From Sphingomonadales bacterium (GTDB lineage: Bacteria; Bacteroidota; Bacteroidia; UBA7662), in contig VHAX01000005.1 in the NCBI GenBank assembly GCA_016872215.1, forward strand, positions 12,542 through 76,541: a stretch of DNA of 64,000 bases, in the 5' to 3' direction. The translations under genes were made by a program, and so were the position numbers. Every line of letters starts with the position of its first letter. Positions within the stretch are counted from its first letter, which is position 1. The notes below the pieces were generated by a model. It did no database searches and had not been told where the DNA came from. It saw only the letters and a list, made by a program, of their open reading frames with translations. Positions 10,284-17,010 of the stretch are shown here, in pieces.

Positions 10284-10468
10284 ATGCTCGAGTTTGTTAA
10301 GCATGTACTTCAAGGCGTCAACTTCGACAAGGGGTTATTCCGTAAGGAACTGATTAAGAACTTATCGCTAATAAGTCCATCTGAAAAGAAAAGGCACTAC
10401 TCCTAACCTGGTGTCTTTCTCAGTTCTCACAACATTACGACGTATTCATAGAAGCTTTTCGGTTATAA
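10284..10468 (+). pseudogene. Small (~59 aa) Bacteroidota-type hypothetical protein interrupted by a 5-bp duplication
   Basis: ATG 10284 gives MLEFVKHVLQGVNFDKGLFRKELIKNLSLISPSEK. GAAAA-GAAAA at 10383-10392 leads to TAA at 10404. Removing one copy gives ...SPSEKALLLTWCLSQFSQHYDVFIEAFRL, stop at 10466-10468. Confidence 0.65.
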
Positions 10469-10531
10469 AAAGCCAGGTCAAATTCCTGGGATTGAAGCCG
10501 TAAGATGACCCTGCATATTGACTTGTTCAAA

Positions 10532-10567
10532 AGTCAACCCGAATTCAGTGTTGAACCCGGGTTGACT
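10532..10567. terminator. Hairpin between convergent genes, probable terminator
   Basis: AGTCAACCCG (10532-10541) and CGGGTTGACT (10558-10567) form a perfect 10-bp stem with an inner TTCA/TGAA pair. A short T-run follows on the minus strand. Confidence 0.55.
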
Positions 10568-10613
10568 ATAAAAAAAATTAATCACCAATTTATCACTGAT
10601 TTTGGGGTTCGAA

Positions 10614-13600
10614 CTAATGCAATACCATCCTCAAAACGGAATTCAGCCCTTCACCGGATGAAATCGATATGATGTACAAACCTGCCGATAAATCTTCGAG
10701 GGTCAACTGAAGTTGCGGAACACCAAAGAGCCAATTTGCTTTGTGTACTATTTTTCCAGCAAGGTCTAAAACGGTGACTTCAGAGAAAGAATGGGTCAGG
10801 TTTCGATGCAGGTTTACCACTCCCGTCCCAGGATTCGGGAAAAGGGTATATCGAACTATATTCGGCTCACCCCTACCGGAAGTCAGGTCACGGGTAGGCT
10901 GGCCCTGTCTCAATCCATTGGTTAGAAGGTCGCAGGTCAGTCTCGACCGGATAAAGTCATCTGAGCTGATTCGGTTTAAGATTAATTCCGATTCCAGGGT
11001 TCCGGTACAGGTCCAGTACGAGCGCGCTGATTCTACCCAACCATCCCTATTTGGATTCTGCAGTCTGTTGAGCACGATCAAAGCCTCTGGCAAGCGGGTA
11101 GCGGATCGCAACACATGCGCTTTGCGCAATTGTAGTCGCCCCACCTCCCCCGACCAACCCATCTGGGGATAAGATAACCGATGATCAATCTCCTGCAGTA
11201 CCCAATTGACGGGCAGGTAATTCATCGTTGGGTAATCGCCCGTAGTTTCTGCCAACTGCATCAAACCATCCGAGGTGCCCTGTATCATCGCCTCTAGCAG
11301 CCCTGTCAGAATGATGCGGTCGATTTCATTCCAGGATAAAGTCTGGCTTCGGGTCGATAAAAACAAGTTGTTGCACCGGGAAAGTGCGTTCATTCGATCC
11401 AATAGGGATGGATTCGGTTGTGAAAAACCCGCTGCGATCGCTAGTGCTTCCTGTTTTAATGGGATGGATCGACCATTGAGGTTGATTATCCGGGTGCTCC
11501 TGAGGGGGGTGATTTGTATGGCAAGAGGATGCGGTAATTGTCGACCTGAGCATAGTCCTGTTACAGAAAAACCGCCCATTCCCACTGGATGAACCGGATT
11601 TCCGTCCCAATCAACCACTTGCCAGGCTTGCTGAATGTGTGTGGCGGGCATGTGGTTACCCGAAACATCAATTCCGTACACCGACAAGCCTAGCGGGTTC
11701 AGGCAATGAATGGCCTGACCCGATAGCATTCCCTGCACATAAATTTGGCTTCCTGAAAAATTGTTGCCACCTTCCCTTAGATTTATCCAATCCGGCTCTT
11801 CAAGGTAAATGGCTCGCTGGTTGAACCGGAGGTCATTGCGGACATCAGCGGATAGGGCCAGATGGGTGTTACCTGCATAAATCCCGGTCTGGTTGTAGCG
11901 GATGGACGCGCAACCTGCGGTCAACTGAAGAGAACCGAATGCCATCACCCCTGTGTGGTGACTATCAATCCGCGACTCGGTGATGGCCAATTGTGCGCCA
12001 TGCTGTCCCATCACATGGATACCGTGGTGTCCAACTGAGATTTCACTGTTCTGAACCCGACTAACACCTTCAATATCATATCCTCTCCAGAATGTATGGT
12101 TGTTGCGCGCCGCACATGATGTAAATTGTACCGACTTGCCATGTGTTTCCACAGCAGTGCGGTTGTTGTGAAACCTGGTATGGGTTATTCTGAGGCCTCG
12201 AACTGCTCCTATTTGCATCGATGTTATGGCTCGTTCCCCGTTTTCAAACTGACATCTAGTAATCTGAATCGAGGGCTGGCCGTACAGCCACAAACCGCGG
12301 TGTGAGCGGATTGTATCCCCGGTCAGGCAGGATCGGTTTAAATGCGCAGGCCCCATCAACTGCAAACGGGATGTGCCCTCCAGCCGAATGCTGCCCTGAT
12401 CAAGGGTGAAATAAGCGTTTGATTGAAGTACGTTCCAATCCGAAAGCAAGCGTGCCCTGAGTTGGCCTAACCTACTGCCCAATAACTCAATTCCGCTATT
12501 ACGACCAAAAATCCAAGCCGGGCCCCCTGCCCAACCAGTGGTGTCGTGATTGATAACAATATGTCCGTTGCCCTGAAACCCGAATCGTGCGCTATCACCA
12601 AGCAATACCCTGCCGCGGATCTCAAGGATAGAAGAATCACCCACGAGCACAATTTCGGCGCCCGCATGTACTTCCAAAACACCATCTTTTTCGATGATGA
12701 TACGGCTACCGTTGTTGACGATGAGTCTGGAGCCCCGGGAGAGAATGAGCCGACTGCCACCCCGGAACGACCAGGTGGCGGATTGCTGTATTCCGGGCAG
12801 TACATCGCCCAGCGTAATTTGTCCACCAGCCGACACTAGGATGCTCGGGTCGGTGCACGAACCATCAACCGTACAGATCAGATTCGAATTCGGAATCGGG
12901 TATTGGCCCCTCAGGGAGTCGGCCGATGTATGAGAGAACCACAGTGGTTGCCATCGGTTGATGCCTAGATGCCCCAGACCTGTAATGTGGGAGGGCCAGG
13001 TTCTTAAGTCTCGGTTCAGGGTGTGTGTAAGCCGAAAGTTCCGGTTGTGGATTCCAAAATTAACAGTGGAATCGAGCGTTCGGGGCAGACCGGCTGTTGT
13101 ATAACCGCTTTGGTGACACAACTGATTGACCCTGAGTTGCCGCATCAGATATGGGTACAGGAAAGCGTGGTGGCTGTTGCGGTTGTCGACATCGGGTGCG
13201 CCGGAAAGGCTGATGTACCCTTCAAACCCAGCTGCTGGTTCTACGGGCTGTGGCAAACACACACCGACCGCTGGAAATGGGTTGCCGGGAACATTCAGGG
13301 AACTGTAGGTGCTCACGAAGCCGTGTTGCATAATTTGTTCGCGTCGACTAAAAAAACCACTCCTGTTCAAATCTACCGTATAGGTAAAGTCGCCCGCCAC
13401 GTAGTCGAGTCCATCCATCGGACGGGTGGCATAACGTGCCACTATGGCACCCTGATTGACTTGAATGTTGTGTTGGATGAGCTGTTGCAGGACACGCGTC
13501 TGCAGGACACTATGGGTGATTGAACGCAGAAGGGCCACACTCATTATTAGGGGTGCTTGAGTCGGTTGCTGTGCCGCCAGAATTTGGGCCGACTTCATGA

Positions 13601-15626
13601 GTTTGAAGATGCGTAAAACAGAACCGGTGTAGACAAGGTAAGCTACGGCAGCATCCAGCAGGTTGTTGATCAGGGGATCGCCACCCGAGTATAGTAGATT
13701 TCCCGATGGGGCTGAAGGTGCATGCGGTGCCACATAGCCTTCCAAGCGCATTAAATACATACCCGTGACGCCATTTGATCGATAGTTTTGGTTGCCAATT
13801 GGTAAAGGCACGGCACCGGGTACCCAAATTTCGCGGCTGATGTAGATCAGGCGATCGCCAGGATTGAGCCAAGGAGCTGTCAAACTGGTATCGGCTTGTT
13901 GTTGCACACCAATAACACTTCCATTGGTGACGGCCATATTGCGCGATTGCAGTGGCATGCCCAGCTGGTCGAGGTAGTTCACCCACTGAAGATGGGTTGT
14001 GCGGGCTGTGGTGTCGTGGTGATACACAAGCATCTGCCTGGCCGCGGGTGATTGCAAAACGTGATTCAACAAATCAGCAATCAGGTCGGTACTTCCTGAG
14101 ATGTTGAAACGATCCGCTAAGTCGAGGAGGGTATACTGACTGCCCAGAGGTATATTAGCGCCCCTGTGGGGGGTGGCAAAGGTGGTGAAGAGGCTTACGC
14201 CGTGGCAACAGCCGCTATTTTCCATCTCCTTCAGTGCTGTCCGTGCTATGAGTCCCCCCATGCTGATGCCCATGCATTCTATAGAAACCGAATTTGTAGA
14301 ATTCAACATACGGGACTTGATTTGCTCCAACAGGGAAATAAGTGCCCGGGCATTGCTGCGTATGTCGGCTCGGTTGGTCTGGAAGTCGACGAAAATCAGA
14401 TCGTAGCCATCGTGCCGTATCGAATCAAGGTAGTCGACCAGGGGGACTAGATAGCTTTGGTTGTCTGAGGCGATACCTGAACTGAATGCATTCCAGTTGA
14501 AACGCCCGAATCCGGAGGCTAGATCTCCGGGCACCTCAGATGGATTGCCCTGAACAAATGCCTCCGCCTCAAAGCCCTCCACCAACACATATGGTCGACG
14601 CAGTTGCTGGCCATTTCCCTGTCCGTATTTGATATAAGCGGAGGCTTTTCCGTCGGTGTAGCTAGATAAGGCACCGCAGTTCGGGGTCCCACTCAGCAGG
14701 ATCTCGTCAGGATTACCCATACGAAGGGTCACCACCTGTATCTGCGCCATGGAAGGCTGCATCAGCAGGTCTTGTTCGTCGCTCCCCTTCAGCCGTCCGC
14801 AGATATTTTTCACACCATCGGTGGAATAATTGATCAGAATGTTTTGTCCTGCTTGCAGCTGTCGATAGCCCTGTCCATCCCCAAAGTCAACCTCCAATCT
14901 GGTGCCGTTCCACACGCCCTGCCACAATTCGGGTGGGAGCTGAACGCGTAGTGCCTGTCCGGGCAACCGATAGGCCACACGCTCGGTGGCCACGAGCATA
15001 AACAAGGCTCTCGAAACCGACCATAGGGCTAATGTTTGGGCATTATTAAACCGCCAGGGTGTGGTTACTATGGTATACGCGGAATTGGGGAGCGTATCGA
15101 GATAGACGGTATCGTTCATTGGCAGGGTTCCCAATCCCAGGCGATAGCGGTCGATCGCGGCATCGTGGTACACATATGCGCTGTCGAATGCTCCGGGTGC
15201 AATCTCCCGAAATGGGACGTGCAGGGCTGCCAGAATCAGGTCGTGACTCCGTTGCCGGCCGGCCGGCGGCAGCCAACGCGTCGAACCGTATATGGCTTCC
15301 CCGGCTAATTGTCGCAGGGAATCGGTCCTGATAGGAAAATGAGTCCCATAACTGCCCGGTCGGAGCAGACGGTGCATATCGCAGTATTTGTCGAAATCAG
15401 CGGTGTCTTGTCGACTATAGCTATAAGCATCTGGGTCGAGCCCTCTTGTATTGCGCATCAGGCTGAGTGGACTCCGATCAATGAGAATGCCCTCGGGCAC
15501 ATATGGTTGCAGCAGCTGGTATCGATTGATGTGGGCCGTTTCAAAGGCAGTTTGGGCCAATATGGGCCCTGCTGTGAGGCAAAATAAGTGCCACACAGCA
15601 AATTTTATGATAGATTTGCCGTACAT
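10614..15626 (-). CDS. 1670-aa T9SS-secreted protein: alpha/beta-hydrolase (lipase/esterase-like), beta-helix region, helical region, CTD
   Basis: Signal peptide (ILA-Q), VLVEGFE, nucleophile elbow GISMGGLIAR, TPHRGANIP, repeated N-x-x-G-I beta-helix-like strands, CTD LFPNP...AGLYII. Confidence 0.85.
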   Translation of the reverse strand: MYGKSIIKFAVWHLFCLTAGPILAQTAFETAHINRYQLLQPYVPEGILIDRSPLSLMRNTRGLDPDAYSYSRQDTADFDKYCDMHRLLRPGSYGTHFPIRTDSLRQLAGEAIYGSTRWLPPAGRQRSHDLILAALHVPFREIAPGAFDSAYVYHDAAIDRYRLGLGTLPMNDTVYLDTLPNSAYTIVTTPWRFNNAQTLALWSVSRALFMLVATERVAYRLPGQALRVQLPPELWQGVWNGTRLEVDFGDGQGYRQLQAGQNILINYSTDGVKNICGRLKGSDEQDLLMQPSMAQIQVVTLRMGNPDEILLSGTPNCGALSSYTDGKASAYIKYGQGNGQQLRRPYVLVEGFEAEAFVQGNPSEVPGDLASGFGRFNWNAFSSGIASDNQSYLVPLVDYLDSIRHDGYDLIFVDFQTNRADIRSNARALISLLEQIKSRMLNSTNSVSIECMGISMGGLIARTALKEMENSGCCHGVSLFTTFATPHRGANIPLGSQYTLLDLADRFNISGSTDLIADLLNHVLQSPAARQMLVYHHDTTARTTHLQWVNYLDQLGMPLQSRNMAVTNGSVIGVQQQADTSLTAPWLNPGDRLIYISREIWVPGAVPLPIGNQNYRSNGVTGMYLMRLEGYVAPHAPSAPSGNLLYSGGDPLINNLLDAAVAYLVYTGSVLRIFKLMKSAQILAAQQPTQAPLIMSVALLRSITHSVLQTRVLQQLIQHNIQVNQGAIVARYATRPMDGLDYVAGDFTYTVDLNRSGFFSRREQIMQHGFVSTYSSLNVPGNPFPAVGVCLPQPVEPAAGFEGYISLSGAPDVDNRNSHHAFLYPYLMRQLRVNQLCHQSGYTTAGLPRTLDSTVNFGIHNRNFRLTHTLNRDLRTWPSHITGLGHLGINRWQPLWFSHTSADSLRGQYPIPNSNLICTVDGSCTDPSILVSAGGQITLGDVLPGIQQSATWSFRGGSRLILSRGSRLIVNNGSRIIIEKDGVLEVHAGAEIVLVGDSSILEIRGRVLLGDSARFGFQGNGHIVINHDTTGWAGGPAWIFGRNSGIELLGSRLGQLRARLLSDWNVLQSNAYFTLDQGSIRLEGTSRLQLMGPAHLNRSCLTGDTIRSHRGLWLYGQPSIQITRCQFENGERAITSMQIGAVRGLRITHTRFHNNRTAVETHGKSVQFTSCAARNNHTFWRGYDIEGVSRVQNSEISVGHHGIHVMGQHGAQLAITESRIDSHHTGVMAFGSLQLTAGCASIRYNQTGIYAGNTHLALSADVRNDLRFNQRAIYLEEPDWINLREGGNNFSGSQIYVQGMLSGQAIHCLNPLGLSVYGIDVSGNHMPATHIQQAWQVVDWDGNPVHPVGMGGFSVTGLCSGRQLPHPLAIQITPLRSTRIINLNGRSIPLKQEALAIAAGFSQPNPSLLDRMNALSRCNNLFLSTRSQTLSWNEIDRIILTGLLEAMIQGTSDGLMQLAETTGDYPTMNYLPVNWVLQEIDHRLSYPQMGWSGEVGRLQLRKAHVLRSATRLPEALIVLNRLQNPNRDGWVESARSYWTCTGTLESELILNRISSDDFIRSRLTCDLLTNGLRQGQPTRDLTSGRGEPNIVRYTLFPNPGTGVVNLHRNLTHSFSEVTVLDLAGKIVHKANWLFGVPQLQLTLEDLSAGLYIISISSGEGLNSVLRMVLH

Positions 15627-15667
15627 GATGTTTGGATTTTAGGTGAAACAGAGATCCAGGGTCATGG

Positions 15668-15697
15668 CAGCCCCACCTCCATGGGGCTGTTTTTTTT
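15668..15697 (+). terminator. Intrinsic terminator-like hairpin oriented antisense to the flanking genes
   Basis: CAGCCCCA-cctcca-TGGGGCTG followed by T8 on the plus strand. Confidence 0.6.
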
Positions 15698-15926
15698 ATG
15701 TGAATCGCCCTGCTGGGGTCGCCTACCCCGACGGTTGGGTGATGGGTCACATTTCCGGGGGCACATACCGATCCAGTTCGGCTACACACCGGTGTTTGGC
15801 CTCGTGAATAAATATAGGGCCCTAAGGGGATGGGTCATGGTCCACCCCCGGAATCATGTGACGTATGGATTGGTCTTTAGTCAACCCTAAGGTTCAAAGG
15901 CCAATAATTATAAATCCTATTGCGGA

Positions 15927-16358
15927 TCAGGGTGGGTCTACGAACAGCATCTTCGATTGTTTTTTTCGGTGGCTGAGAGCCGCCCCTTCCAGTCCGGTCG
16001 TATAGCCCGCTGGCAGTGAGTCGATCCACAGGGTGTAGTATTCGGGAGGCTGAGGCAATTCGAGCCATGTCCGAATGGTTCCTGTACTATCGGTACGAAG
16101 GTGGGTCCATAGAATAGGCTGGTGAAAAGGAGGCAGCCCACCCTCCCGATAGATTCCGATTCTCATAGCCTGCACAGTTTTTATCGCTCCTCCCTTTTCC
16201 CACACCGTAACGTGTAACTCGACTTGGTAGGGCGGACCATCGCGACTGCACCCAAGTAAAATATAGGGCAACAACAGGTAGATCAAAAACTTTTTCAGGC
16301 TTGCGTACGATACTGAATTGCCTAAAAAATAAAGTTCATGGGGTCTTTGGGTAATCAT
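15927..16358 (-). CDS. Hypothetical lipoprotein
   Basis: KK, hydrophobic stretch and lipobox LLG-C. Start uncertain because the ATG gives an unusually long signal region. Confidence 0.65.
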   Translation of the reverse strand: MITQRPHELYFLGNSVSYASLKKFLIYLLLPYILLGCSRDGPPYQVELHVTVWEKGGAIKTVQAMRIGIYREGGLPPFHQPILWTHLRTDSTGTIRTWLELPQPPEYYTLWIDSLPAGYTTGLEGAALSHRKKQSKMLFVDPP

Positions 16359-16481
16359 GACTCAATCTTTTATTCAAAATTAAGACCGGCCTCTCTATAC
16401 CCCAAATCCAATTTGCCTTTTGTCGGATGCACAAAAAAAAACATCAAGAACACAAAAAATAATTTAATTCTATTCTTGCAC

Positions 16482-16501
16482 ATAGTATGCATGCATAGTA
16501 T
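16482..16501. promoter_or_regulatory. Palindromic operator, probable binding site of the adjacent MarR regulator
   Basis: ATAG-TATGCATGCATA-GTAT with a perfect 12-bp core palindrome, 33 bp upstream of marR and overlapping a TATATTTA -7-like element. Confidence 0.7.
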
Positions 16502-16534
16502 ATTTAGCACCCTTATCAAACCCAATAGTGCTGC

Positions 16535-16996
16535 ATGTACAAACCCCGAAAAACCGTTTGCTCCGTTGCTAGAATGGCCTGGATGAACATCTCCCGTATG
16601 TACAACAGCGAGGCCCAGGCCTATGAACTGAGTACCTCAGCTGCTTTCCTATTGCTTCATTTGGGGGAGGAAGGCACGCAAGTGGGACAACTCGCAGGCC
16701 TGCTCGGCATGGAAGCGTCGAGCATGACCAGGATCCTGCGCAGCATCGAAAAAAGGGGTTGGGTCGTGCGCAGCCGACAGAATGAACAGGATCGCAGGGA
16801 AGTCAAGTTGATGTTAACCCCGGAGGGACAAGCCGCACGGCAGATTGCACGGGATTATGTAAGAAAATTTAATAGACATGTACAGGATCTCGTTTCGGAA
16901 CACGATCTGCAGGCCTTCTACCGGGTGAGCGATGCCATTCAGCGGGTGGTGCAACAGACCCTGCTCCCCGATACCATCCTCCAATCCCAACTTTGA
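16535..16996 (+). CDS. MarR family transcriptional regulator
   Basis: wHTH SSMTRILRSIEKRGWV...DRREVKLMLTPEG; first gene of the beta-oxidation operon. Confidence 0.92.
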   Translation: MYKPRKTVCSVARMAWMNISRMYNSEAQAYELSTSAAFLLLHLGEEGTQVGQLAGLLGMEASSMTRILRSIEKRGWVVRSRQNEQDRREVKLMLTPEGQAARQIARDYVRKFNRHVQDLVSEHDLQAFYRVSDAIQRVVQQTLLPDTILQSQL

Positions 16997-17010
16997 ACCC
17001 CTTCCCAGCC

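Noticed and set aside
10532-10567. Hairpin with AAC...GTT ends resembling an integron attC site
   Set aside because: It is too short, does not fit RYYYAAC/GTTRRRY, and there is no cassette array or integrase.
15765-15791. tRNA-like 5' half on the minus strand (CGGTGTG-TA-GCCG-AACTGGAT-CGGT)
   Set aside because: The D-arm looks plausible, but there is no anticodon stem, TTC T-loop or downstream acceptor strand.
15780-15810. GGCCAAAC in the leader resembling the c-di-GMP-I riboswitch core
   Set aside because: It lacks the GAAA tetraloop, the GACGCAAAGC segment and the P3 stem.
15872-15902. TTGAACC...GGGTT similarity to the 6S RNA central-bubble hairpin
   Set aside because: The flanking sequences do not form the long closing stems of 6S RNA.
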